This document shows positions 39,960 through 51,650 of a stretch of DNA of 64,000 nt, piece after piece. Source of the stretch: Mobula hypostoma (lineage: Eukaryota); assembly GCF_963921235.1 (NCBI RefSeq), contig NC_086097.1, positions 110,610,001-110,674,000 of the forward strand. The letters run 5' to 3'. The translations under genes and the position numbers were made by a program. Each line of letters starts with the position of its first letter. Positions within the stretch are counted from its first letter, which is position 1. Below the pieces are notes generated by a model that ran no database searches, was not told the origin of the DNA, and saw only the letters and a program-made list of their open reading frames with translations.

Positions 39960-42900
39960 GACTCATAAGGGAGAATGAGGCAGTTATAGATGAGAACTAC
40001 AGGGAGGTAGTCACACCTAGGCTGTCGGAAGCAGGTCGTTGGGTGACAGTCAGAGGGGGGAAAGCGAAGGTGAGCAGACAGTTAGTGCAGAGCACCCCTG
40101 TAGCCATTCCACTGAACAATAAGTTTACCGTCCTGGATACTGTTGGCGGGGATGACCGACCAGGTGTGAGCCACGGTGCAGGGCCTCTAGCACTGAGTCT
40201 GAACCGGTGGTGCAGAAGGGTGGGACGGAGAAGAGGAGAGCTGTCGTCATTGGAGACTCTATAGTCAGGGGAGCAGACAGGAAATTTTGTGGACGTGAGA
40301 AGGATACCTGCATGGTTTGTTGCCTCCTGGGTGCCAGGGTCCGGGATGTCTCTGACCGGGTGCACGACATCCTGGTACGAGAGGGAAAGTAACCAGAAGT
40401 CGTGATACATGTTGGCACCAACGACATAGGCAGAAAGAGGGATGAGGTCCTGAAGTGTGAGTTTCGGGAACTAGGCAGGGCTGAAGAACAGGACCTCAAG
40501 GGTGGCGTTCTCAGGATTGCTGCCAGTGCTATGTGACAGTGATGGTAAGAATTGGAGGAGGTGGCAGTCAAATGCGTGCCTGAGGAGTTGGTGCAGGGAG
40601 CAGGGTTTTAGATTTTTGGATCATTGGGATCTCTTCTGGGGAAGGTGGGACCTGTACAGATTGGATGGGTTGCACCTGAACTCGAGGGGGAGCAATATCC
40701 TTGCAGGTAGGTTTGCCAGCATGGTTCGGGAGGGTTTAAACTAATTTGCAAGAGGGATGGGACCCAGAGCGATAGAGCAGTGAAAGAAGTGCATGGAGTA
40801 AAGCCAGATCTTAGAGAGACTTTGAGGAAAGAGAAGCAGAATAAACGGTGTAAAGGTAGTAAGGCAGGAAGGCTGCAGAGAAGGGGTGGCATTACTGGTC
40901 AGGGATACTATTACAGCTACAGAAAGGGTGGGTAATGTAGCAGGATCCTCTTTTGAGTCAATATGGGTGGAAGTCAGGAACAGGAAGGGAGCAGTTACTC
41001 TACTGGGGGTATTCTGTAGGCCCACTGGTAGCAGCAGAGATACAGAGGAACAGATTGGGAGGCAGATTTTGGAAAGATGCAAAAACAACAGGGTTGTTAT
41101 CATGGGGGACTTTAACTTCCCTAATATTGATTGGCACCTGATTAGTTCCAAGGGTTTAGATGGGGCAGAGTTTGTTAAGTGTGTCCAAGACAGATTCCTG
41201 TCACAGTTATGTGGACAGGCCGACTAGGGGGAATACCATACTAACCTAGTACTCGGTAATGAACCGGGTCAGGTCACAGATCTCTCAGTGGATGAGCATC
41301 TGGGGGACAGTGACCACCGCTCCCTGGCCTTTAGCATTATCATGGAAAAGGATTGAATCAGAGAGGACAGGAAAATTTTTAATTGGAGAAGGGCAAATTA
41401 TGAGGCTATAAGGCTATTGCGGGTGTGAATTGGGATGATGTTTTTGCAGGGAAATGTACTATGGACATGTGGTCGATGTTTAGCGATCTCTTGCCAGGAT
41501 GTTAGGGATAAATTTGTCCCGGTGAGGAAGATAAAGAATGGTAGGGTGAAGGAACCATGGGTGACAAGTTAGCTGGAAAATCTAGTCAGGTGGAAGAAGG
41601 CAGCATACATGAGGTTTAGGAAGCAAGGATCAGATGGGTCTACTGAGGAATATAGGGAAGCAAGAAAGGAGCTTAAGAAGGGGCTGCAAATAGCAAGAAG
41701 GGGGCATGAGAAGACCTTGGCGAGTAGGGTAAAGGAAAATCCCAAGGCATTCTTCAATTATGTGAAGAACAAAAGGATGACAGGAGTGAAGGTAGGACCG
41801 ATTAGAGATAAAGGTGGGAAGATGTGCCTGGAGGCTGTGGAACTGAGCGACGTCCTCAATGAATACTTCTTTTCGGTATTCACCAATGAGAGGGAACTTG
41901 ATGATGGTGAGGACAATATGAGTGAGGTTGATGTTCTGGAGCATGTTGATATTAAGGGAGAGGAGGTGTTGGAGTTGTTAAAATACATTAGGATGAATAA
42001 GTCCCCGGGACCTGACGGAATATTCCCCAGGCTGCTCCATGAGGCGAGGGAAGAGATTGCTGAGCCTCTGGCTAGGATCTTTATGTCCTCGTTGTCCACG
42101 GGAATGGTACCGGAGGACTGGAGGGAGGCGAATGTTGTCCCCTTGTTCAAAAAAGGTAGTAAGGAAAGTTTGGGTAATCATAGACCAGTGAGTCTTACGT
42201 CTGTGGTGGGAAAGCTGTTGGAAAAGATTCTTAGAGATAGGATCTATAGGCATTTAGAGAATCATGGTCTGATGAGGGACAGTCGGCATGGCTTTGTGAA
42301 GGGAAGATCATGTCTAACAAGCCTGATAGAGTTCTTTGAGGAGGTGACCAGGCATATAGATGAGGGTAATGCAGTGGATGTGATCTATATGGATTTTAGT
42401 AAGGCATTTGACAAGGTTCCACACAGTAGGCTTATTCAGAAAGTCAGAAGGCATGGGATCCAGGGAAATTTGGCCAGGTGGATTCAGAATTGGCTTGCCT
42501 GCAGAAGGCAGAGGGTCGTGGTGGAGGGAGTACATTCAGATTGGAGAATTGTGACTAGTGGTGTCCCACAAGGATCTGTTCTGGGACTCTACTTTTCGTG
42601 ATTTTTATTAACGACCTGGATGTGGGGGTAGAAGGGTGGGTTGGCAAGTTTGCAGACAACACAAAGGTTGGTGGTGTTGTAGATAGCGTAGAGGATTGTC
42701 GAAGATTGCAGAAAGACATTGATAGGATGCAGAAGTGGGCTGAGAAGTGGCAGATGGAGTTCAACCCGGAGAAGTGTGAGGTGCAACACACATCAAAGTT
42801 GCTGGTGAACGCAGCAGGCCAGGCAGCATCTCTAGGAAGAGGTACAGTCAACATTTCAGTGTGAGGTGGTACACTTTGGAAAGATAAACTCCAAGGCAGA

Positions 42901-43620
42901 GTACAACGTAAATGGCAGGATGCTTGGTAGTGTGGAGGAGCAGAGGGATCTGGGGGTACATGTCCACAGATCCCTGAAAGTTGCCTCACAGGTGGATAGG
43001 GTAGTTAAGAAAGCTTATGGGGTGTTAGCTTTCATAAGTCGAGGGATAGAGTTTAAGAGTCGCGATGTAATGATGCAGCTCTGTAAAACTCTGGTTAGGC
43101 CACACTTGGAGTACTGTGTCCAGTTCTGGTCGCCTCACTATAGGAAGGATGTGGAAGCATTGCAAAGGGTACAGAGATTTACCAGGATGCTGCCTGGTTT
43201 AGAAAGTATGCATTATGATCAGAGATTAATGGAGCTAGGGCTTTACTCTTTGGAGAGAAGGAGGATGAGAGGAGACATGATAGAGGTGTACAGGATAATA
43301 AGAGGAATAGGTAAGAGTGGATAGCCAGCGCCTCTTCCCCAGGGCACCACTGCTCAATACAAGAGGACATGGCTTTAATGTAAGGGGTGGGACTTCAAGG
43401 GGGATATTAGAGGAAGGTTTTTTACTCAGAGAGTGGTTGGTGCGTGGAATGCACTGGTGGAGGCAGATACACTTATGACGTTTAGGAGACTATTAGACAG
43501 GTATATGGAGGAATTTAAGGTGGGGGGTTATATGGGAGGCAGGGTTTGAGGGTCGGCACAACATTGTGGGCCGAAAGGCCCGTAACGTGCTGTACTATTC
43601 TATGTTCTATGTTCTATGTT
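39960..43620 (+). mobile_element. CR1 LINE, 5'-truncated, with SGNH-esterase ORF1, APE and RT (disrupted)
   Basis: ORF1 motifs VIGDSIVRG, VIHVGTND and DGLHLN. Endonuclease motifs IMGDFNFPNIDW and SDH. RT motifs KSPGPDG, HRPVSLTS, DFSKAFDKV, GVPQGSVLG and FADNTK. An (ttctatg)n tail lies at 43598-43620. Confidence 0.95.
42784..42857 (-). mobile_element. Short pLTR insertion 2 (74 bp, truncated inside the hammerhead core) in CR1 ORF2
   Basis: 11-bp TSD agtgtgaggtg (42773-42783 / 42858-42868). The reverse strand reads GAAATGTTGACTG...TTTGATGTGTGTTG. Confidence 0.9.
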
Positions 43621-44619
43621 TTTAAACTATTTGTTTTACTATCAATAACACTACCATTTTCTATGACCTGCAAACTTACTAATCATATCTCCAACATTCA
43701 CATCCAAGTGAATAATTAATGTATATGAGAAACAGTAAGAGTCCCAGTACAGAAACCTGTGATACACAACTGTCAAAAATCACTGCCTGGCTCCTGTTAC
43801 TAAACTAACTTTAGGTCCAAATTATACACTTACCTTGGATTTCATAGATCTAATGGCAGCATTGGGAAAATACTTTATCAGTGCACCATGCCCAAATTCA
43901 AGGCACTAACAAACAACAGGATGTTTATTAATGTAAATATGATGTTACAGTTTGAAAGAATTCCACTTGTTTTAATTGAAATAATTCAGTACAAATCTGC
44001 TTCAATTATGTACTAAGTCGAGTAATAATAGATAAACTAATGCCTTATAGAATTGTAGAATGATGTACAGCTATACACTTAGGATTAATGAGAAGTACAA
44101 AAGATCCTCCAGGATCACCAAGAAAAGCAACTGATAAAATTATTCTTTTTCATCATAAGAAGGTCTTTATTGTAATATAGACAAAAATTGTGTGTAATAA
44201 ATATCCAGAGAGCCCATTGAAGAGAGAAGTCACGCTTGCTGGTTATTCATCTTTACCAAATGTCATGAAGCTACATAACATGAAACAACATGATGATTCC
44301 TCACTTCAAGGAAATCACAGGTATTGCGTTTGAATGGTCATATTAATTGGCAGTATAGTCCTGAACAGCTGAATGGCCACTTTCCTCCTATTTTTCTGTA
44401 TTTTTTATAATTGTTTCTTGAACTACCTGACATGGCATCCATTGGCTCCGAAGAGGGCTCAGCAGAAACAGTAATTGTTACATATAATGCCCCAAGTGCA
44501 GCCTATCCAAGGTCTGATACAACTGCAACAATACTTCCTGACTCTTGTACTCTACAATGATAAGCTTGCTAATAAGCCTTCAACGCAGCAGGCCAGGCAG
44601 CATCTCCAGGAAGAGGTGC

Positions 44620-44655
44620 AGTCGACGTTTCAGGCCAAGACCCTTCGTCAGGACT
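44620..44655 (-). ncRNA. Minimal type-I hammerhead ribozyme motif in the left pLTR
   Basis: The reverse strand reads AGTC-CTGACGA-AGGgtcttggCCT-GAAA-C-GTC-GACT, with core and stem I intact. Confidence 0.75.
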
Positions 44656-44889
44656 AACTGAAGGAAAAGTGAGTAAGGGATTTGAAAGTTGGAGGGGGAG
44701 GGGGAGATCCAAAATGATAGGAGAAGACAGGAGGGGGAGGGATGGAGCCAAGAGCTGGACAGGTGATAGGCAAAAGGGATACGAGAGGATCATGGGACAG
44801 GAGGTCCGGGAAGAAAGACAAGGCGCGGGGGGACCCAGAGGATGGGCAAGGGGTATATTCAGAGGGACAGAGGGAGAAAAAGGAGAGTG

Positions 44890-46143
44890 AGATGCGGCGG
44901 AGACGGAGGAATTGCGAGAAGGGGATGGCGTTTTTGCAAGAGACAGGGTGAGAAGAGGAATAGTCCAGATAGCTGTGAGAGTCAGTAGGCTTATAGTAGA
45001 CATCAGTGGATAAGCTGTCTCCAGAGACAGAGACAGAAAGATCTAGAAAGGGGTGGGAGGTGTCGGAAATGGACCAGGTAAACTTGAGGGCAGGGTGAAA
45101 GTTGGAGGCAAAGTTAATAAAGTCAACGAGCTCTGCATGCATGCAGGAAGCAGCGCCAATGCAGTCGTCGATGTAGCGAAGGAAAAGTGGGGGACAGATA
45201 CCAGAATAGGCATGGAACATAGATTGTTTCACAAAGCCAACAAAAAGGCAGGCATAGCTGGGACCCATACGGGTGCTCATAGCTACACCTTTAGTTTGGA
45301 GGAAGTGGGAGGAGCCAAAGGAGAAATTATTAAGAGTAAGGACTAATTCCACTAGCCGGAGCAGAGTGGTGGTAGAGGGGAACTGATTAGGTCTGGAATC
45401 CAAAAAGAAGCGTAGAGCTTTGAGACCTTCCTGATGGGAGATGGAAGTATATAGGGACTGGACATCCATGGTGAAAATAAAGCGGTGGGGGCCAGGGAAC
45501 TTAAAATCATCGAAAAGTTTAAGAGCGTGAGAAGTGTCACGAACATAGGTCGGAAGGGATTGAACAAGGGGGGATAAAACCATGTCGAGGTATGCAGAAA
45601 TGAGTTCGGTGGGGCAGGAGCAAGCTGAGACAACAGGTCTGCCAGGACAGGCAGGTTTGTGGATCTTGGGTAGGAGGTAGAAACGGGAAGTGCGAGGTAT
45701 GGAAACTATGAGGTTGGTAGCAGTGGATGGGAGATCCCATGAGCGGATAAAGTCAGTGATGGTGTGGGAGACAATGGCCTGGTGCTCCTTAGTGGGGTCA
45801 CGATCGAGGGGTAAATAAGAGGAGGTATCCGCGAGTTGTCGCTGTGCCTCGGCAAGGTAGAGGTCAGTACGCCAGACTATAACAGCACCCCGCTTATCGG
45901 CGGGTTTAATAATAAGGTTAGGATTAGTGCAGAGGGAGTGGAGAGCAGACCGTTCCGAAGGAGTGAGGTTGGAATGGGGACAAGGTGCAGGGAAGTCGAG
46001 ACGGTTGATGTCCCGTCGGCAGTTAGCGATAAAGAGATCCAGAGCAGGCAGAAGACCAGAGCGGGTTGTCCATGAAGAAGAGGAGGGTTGAAGACAGGAG
46101 AAGGGGTCATCGGTGGGGGTGGAAGAGTCCTTGCCGAAGAAGT
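44890..46143 (-). CDS. PLE reverse transcriptase (open, truncated at both ends)
   Basis: Stop-free part of ORF 44654..46240: IKPADK, FYLLPKIHK, GRPVVS, FTMDVQSLYT, RYIDD, FLDL, VYYKPT, AIPFSQFLRLRRI. Confidence 0.85.
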
Positions 46144-46149
46144 CCTCCC

Positions 46150-46652
46150 CCCCCCTCTGCATTCTGTAGGGATCGCTCCCTACGCAACTCCCTTGTCCAT
46201 TCGTCCCCCCATCCCTCCCCACTGATCTCCCTCCTGGCACTTATCCATGTAAGCGGAACAAGTGCTACATATGCCCTTACACTTCCTCCCTTACTGCCAT
46301 TCAGGGCCCCAAACAGTCCTTCCAGGTGAGGCAACACTTCACCTGTGAGTCGGCTAGGGTGATATACTGCGTCCGGTGCTCCCGATGTGGTCTTTTATAT
46401 ATTGGCGAGACCCGACGCAGACTGGGAGACCGCTTTGCTGAACATCTACGCTCTGTCCGCCAGAGAAAGCAGGATCTCCCAGTGGCCACACATTTTAATT
46501 CCACATCCCATTCCCATTCTGACATGTCTATCCACGGCCTCCTCTACTGTAAAGATGAAGCCACACTCAGGTTGGAGGAACAACACCTTATATTCCGTCT
46601 GGGTAGCCTCCAACCTGATGGTATGAACATCGACTTCTCTAACTTTCGCTAA
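46150..46652 (+). CDS. PLE linker Zn-knuckle and GIY-YIG endonuclease (frameshifted linker)
   Basis: VIYCVRCSRCGLLYIGETRRRLGDRFAEH...VATHFNSTSH...LEEQHLIFRLGSLQPDGMN. Confidence 0.85.
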
Positions 46653-46944
46653 TGCCCCACCTCCCCCTCGTACCCCATCTGTTACTTATTTTTATGCACA
46701 CATTCTTTCTCTCACTCTCCTTTTTCTCCCTCTGTCCCTCTGAATACACCCCTTGCCCATCCTCTGGGTCCCCCCCCCTTGTCTTTCTTCCCGGACCTCC
46801 TGTCCCATGATCCACTCGTATCCCTTTTGCCTATCACCTGTCCAGCTCTTGGCTCCATCCCTCCCCCTCCTGTCTTCTCCTATCATTTTGGATCTCCCCC
46901 TCCCCCTCTAACTTTCAAATCCCTTACTCACTCTTCCTTCAGTT

Positions 46945-46980
46945 AGTCCTGACGAAGGGTCTCGGCCTGAAACGTCAACT
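46945..46980 (+). ncRNA. Minimal type-I hammerhead ribozyme motif in the right pLTR
   Basis: AGTC-CTGACGA-AGGgtctcggCCT-GAAA-C-GTC-aACT, with one stem I mismatch. Confidence 0.7.
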
Positions 46981-47136
46981 GTACCTCTTCCTAGAGATGC
47001 TGCCTGGCCTGCTGCGTTCACCAGCAACTTTGATGTGTGTTGCTTGAATTTCCAGCATCTGCAGAATTCCTGTTGTTTGCGTTTTAATAAGCCTTCAATA
47101 CCACTCTATCTATTTCTATTACCACTTTCTGGGGAG

Positions 47137-48370
47137 GTTATCTTGACTATAACTCTTCCCACCCTGTCTCTTGTAAAAATGCTATTCCACTTTCTCAATT
47201 CCTTCATCATTGTCGCATCTGTTCCCAGGACTCAGCTTTCCCTTCAGGACATTAAAGGTGTCCTCTTTCTTCAAAAGTTGGGGTTTCCCTTTCTCCACCA
47301 TTGATACTGCCCTCACCTGTATCTCCTCCATTTCCCAGACATCTGTGCTCACACCTTAGCCCTGCCTTAACAGGGATATAATTCCTCTTGTCTACACCTA
47401 CCACCCCGAGAGCCTCAGCATTCAACACATCATTCTCCACAACTTCCTCCGTCTTCAATGGGATCCTACCACCAAACACATCAATATCTTCCCCCCTCTC
47501 TGCCTCCCCCCACTTTCCACACTCCCTCCATGATTCCCTTTCCATTCGTCCCTCCCACAATCTCCCTCCTGGCACATGCGTACCACTGCAAGCGACTGAA
47601 ATGCTACACCTACCATTTACCTCCTCCATTCAGGGCCCCAAACAGTCATTCCAAGTGAGGCAACACCTCACCTGTGAACCTGTTGCGGTCATCTATTAAA
47701 TCAGGTGCTCCCAATGTGGCCTCCTCTACACTGGTGAAACCCAACATAAATTAGGAGACTGCTTTGTTAAGTATCTCCACTCCATCCGCCGAGAGCAGAA
47801 TTTCCTGATGGCTATCCATTTTAATTTCTATCCCCATTCCCATTCCGACAGGTTGATCCACAGACTCCTCTTTTACTGTAACGAGACCACTCTCAGAGTG
47901 GATGAGCAACGCTTCCTATTCTGTCTGGGTAGCCTCCAACTTGATGGTATGAACATTGATTTCTCCTTCTGGTAAAAAATTCCCTTCCCTCTTCTTCTAT
48001 TATCCATTCTGGCCTCTTTCCTCTTCTTCTCACCTGCGTATCAACTCCCCCTGGTGCCTCCTTCTTCCCTTTCTCCTATGTTCCACTCTCCTCTCCTATC
48101 AGATTCCTTCTTCTCCAGCCCTTTACCTTTCCCACCTACCTGGCTTCACCTATCAGCTTCTAGCTAGTCCTCTTTCCTCCCCCACCCTACCCGTCCTTTT
48201 TATTCTGGCGTCTTCCCCCTTCCTTATCAGTCCTGAAGAAGGGTCTCGGCCTGAAACATCAACATTTATTCATTTCCATAAATTCTGCCTGACCTGCTGA
48301 GTTCCTCCAGCATTTTGCCTGTGTTGTTCTGGACTTCGAGCATCAGTAGAAACTCTTGCATCTTTGACTT
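47137..48370 (+). mobile_element. Older PLE 3' remnant (thumb/linker, GIY-YIG, pLTR)
   Basis: IQGPKQSFQVRQHLTCEPVAVIY and decayed GLLYTGET motifs. Hammerhead-like agtcctgaagaagggtctcggcctgaaacatc at about 48229. Confidence 0.8.
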
Positions 48371-49164
48371 TCAGGGAGATATGGACTTGGACTACAATAT
48401 CCCTCTGAACTTAACAAGATTCACTTGGGTTGAAAGGAATATTGGCCAGGGTACAGTAGCATTTTCTCTGACCATTAGTGACAGTACAGAATGGTCAATT
48501 AGTTATACAGGTGCATATGTCGTAACATTTATGGAAAAATGATCAGGGGGGTTTAGAATAATTATTGGGCAATGAAATTATTTCTGATTATACATCAATA
48601 GAGAGCTTCACTTGGTACAGCACATGATCCCTGCTGTTGTGACTGACCCACTGCCCTCCTTCTCCTCAGGATCATCCTCCAGTTCATTCTGCTCCTCCTT
48701 TTGTTGTAGTCCTTCAAACAAGCGCTGTGCTGGTGGTTTTCTTGTACAGGAAACAGCAGATACTGATCACTTGGCTTTCGTGCACAAATGCACAAATGCA
48801 GATCAAGGAATCTCAACTTCCATAGACTGAAGACTACTGTGTGGTTATTGTAGCCCACAAAACTGAAAACTCTACTTGGTTAAGTTAGCTCAATTTCCAG
48901 AGAGGCATGATACAACGCAAAATGAACACAAGCATATTCCATCAGATATATAATGGATTTTCATTTCTGCGGTATTGCTAAAACACTCTGATCAAATTTC
49001 CAGGCAAATTATTGAGTTCACTGTAAAGGCATGTGTGACTTTGATAATAAAACTGGTACATTAGATGAAGAGAATCCATTTTCAGTTGACATCAAATAAA
49101 AATCAAATAACTGCAAACATTGGAAAAAAAATATAAACATTAAATGTAGGAAACACTCAGTAGA

Positions 49165-50330
49165 TCATAACACCATAGGACGTAAGAGCTGAATTAGGCC
49201 ATTTGGCCCATCAAATCTTCTCTGCTACTCAATCATGGCTGATTTATTTTCCTGCTCAATCCCATTCTTCTGCCTTTTAATAGTTAGGCTGTAAACTTTG
49301 ATTCCCTAACTAATCAAAAACCTATCCATTTCTATTTTATGTATATCCAATGACTTGGCTCCCACAGCCGTCTGTGGCAATGAATTCCACAGATTCACCA
49401 GCCCTTGGCTCAGGAAATCTCTTGTTATCTCTGTCCAAAAGGGACACACTTGTATTCTGGGGCCCTCTGGTCCTAGACCCTCCCAATATTGGAAACATCC
49501 TTCCAACATCCAGTCTACCTCAGACTTTCAATTTTTGGTATGTTTCAAAGACATTCCTCCCCGCCTCATTCTTCTAAACTACAGTAATCACAGGCTCAGA
49601 GCTATCAAACACTCTTCATATATTAAACTTTTCATTCCTGGGATCACACTCGCAAACCTCCTCTGGACTGTCCCCAATGCCAGCACACATCCTTTCTTAG
49701 ATATGGGGCCCAGAATTGCTCACAATATTCTAAATTTGGTCTGTCCAATGCCTTATAAAGCCTTATAAATGTAAGCATTACATTCTTACTTTTATATTCC
49801 AGACCTCTTAAAATGAAAGCTGAAGTCGCATTTGCCAGACCAACCCAGCCTGCAAGTTAACTTGTAGGGAATCCTGCATGAGGACTCACAAGTTCCTTTG
49901 CATCTGATTTCTGAATTTGTTTCCCATTTAGAAAATTGTCTACACTTTTACTCCTTCTACCAAATGCATGACCATACCCATTCCATCTGCCACTTCTTTT
50001 ATCCATTCCCCTAATCTATCCAAGTCCTTTTGCAGACTGTTTCTCAACACAGCATGCCCCTCCATCTATCTTTGTATCACCTGCAAACTTGGCAACAAAG
50101 CCATCAATTACATTATCCCAATCATTAACGTGTAACATGAAAAGTGGTGAAGCCAACACTGACCCCTGTGGAACACTAGTCACTGGCAGCTATGCAGAAT
50201 AGGCCCCCTTTATTCCCAGTCTCTGCCTTCTACCAAGTCAGTCAATCCTTTGTCTATGCTAGTATCTGTCCTGTAATATCATGGGCTTTTATATTGTTTA
50301 GCAGCCTTATGTGTGGCACCTTGTCCAAAT
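49165..50330 (-). mobile_element. Degraded CR1 3' fragment
   Basis: DFLSQGLVNLWNSLPQTAV motif and CR1 3' end. Confidence 0.75.
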
Positions 50331-50619
50331 AAACATTATATTTTTTGGTGGGCTACAATCAGCACAAGAGGCCAATCGTTGGATATACAGAGTGAGGTTT
50401 AAAAAGAGCTCGGCTGCTTTTCAGTGGGCTGCAATCAGCACAGAGCCAATAAAAAGAAGGGAGGTGTAAATGGAGCAGCCACTATGTAAGTGGGGCAGTG
50501 TTAGAATGGTCCGGCTTTGGCTCAACAAGCATAGGTGAGAACAGGCCTGGGCCAGCACAGGCAAAGATTCCAAGTAATTTGGATAATTCAGTGATTTTCT
50601 GAAAGATATCAACATTACA

Positions 50620-51650
50620 TAAAAGGAAGCATTGGTGGTCTTGAAGGGGTGACCAAGAGGATTGATGAGAGCAGGGTGATAGGTGATATCTGCGTAGACT
50701 TTAGCAAGGCTTTTGACAATGTCCCACATGGTAGTCTGGTCTAGAGATAAGAATACATGGAATACAAGGTGAACTGACCAAATGGATACAGAATTAGACT
50801 GATAGGAGACAAAGAGTGGTAGTAACACACATTAAAGTTGCTGGTGAATGCAGCAGGCCAGGCAGCATCTCTAGGAAGAGGTACAATCGACGTTTCAGGC
50901 CGAGACCCTTCGTCAGGACACCTGAGTGGTAGTGGAAGTTTGCTTTTCAGACTGGTAACCTGTGACCAGGGAAGCCCTGCAGGGATTATTGCTGGGCCCC
51001 TTACTATTTGTCTCATATATTGACAACCTGGATATGAACACAACTATGATTAGTGAATTAGCAGGTGACATCAAAAGTGGTAGTGCAGAGGTCAATGAAT
51101 AAAGTTGTTTAAGAGCTGGGATATTATCTTAGAGACGAACAATTTGCTGAGACAACACCTGGAGTATAGGCTAGGCCACCCTTGGGCGTATTGTGTACAA
51201 TTCCAGTTGCCATACTCTAGGAAAGATGTGATCAAACTAGTGAGGATGCAGGAGAGATTCACAAATGGACAGGAGAGCTTGAAATATGAGGAGAGTCTGA
51301 ATAGGCTGGGATTGTTTTTCCTGAAGTGAAGGGGTAACCTTAGAGTGGTTTATAAAATTAAAGGGAACAGACAAGGTGAATAATCACAGTATTTCTCCAA
51401 GAATAAGGGAATCGAAAGATAGATGAGAGGCTCAAGGTGAGAGGAGGGGAAAGATTTAAGGGGATCCTGCTGCCAGAGGAGGTGGTAGACAAGGGCACAA
51501 TTACAATGTTTAAAAGACATTTGGACAAGTACGTGGATAGGGAAGGTTAAGAGGGATGTTTACCAAATGCAGGCAAACAGGATTAGTTCAGGAGGGCACT
51601 TCAATTGGCATAGATTAGTTGGGTTAAGAGCCCTACATCCATGCCATACA
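50620..51650 (+). mobile_element. Degraded CR1 RT fragment (hosts pLTR insertion 3)
   Basis: VDFSKAFDNVPH, RRQRVVVE and LPYSRKDVIKL motifs. Confidence 0.7.
50824..50923 (-). mobile_element. Short hammerhead-bearing pLTR insertion 3 (100 bp)
   Basis: 10-bp TSD gagtggtagt (50814-50823 / 50924-50933). The reverse strand reads gtcCTGACGAagggtctcggcctGAAACGTCgat...tttaatgtgtgtt, with 4 extra nt at the 5' junction. Confidence 0.9.

Larger units (their letters stand above)
44584..47084. mobile_element. Penelope-like retroelement (Neptune-type) with inverted pLTRs
   Basis: 14-bp TSD taataagccttcaa (44570-44583 / 47085-47098). Minus-strand PLE RT (MDVQSLYTSI, QTKGVAMST, LRYIDD), plus-strand CKRNKCYIC knuckle and GIY-YIG. 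Segment 44582-44893 is the reverse complement of about 46710-47018. Confidence 0.93.

Noticed and set aside
44654..46240. 528-aa ORF as an intact novel gene
   Set aside because: It is chimeric. The N-terminus is antisense linker sequence across the inversion junction and the C-terminus reads into pLTR; only the middle is PLE RT.
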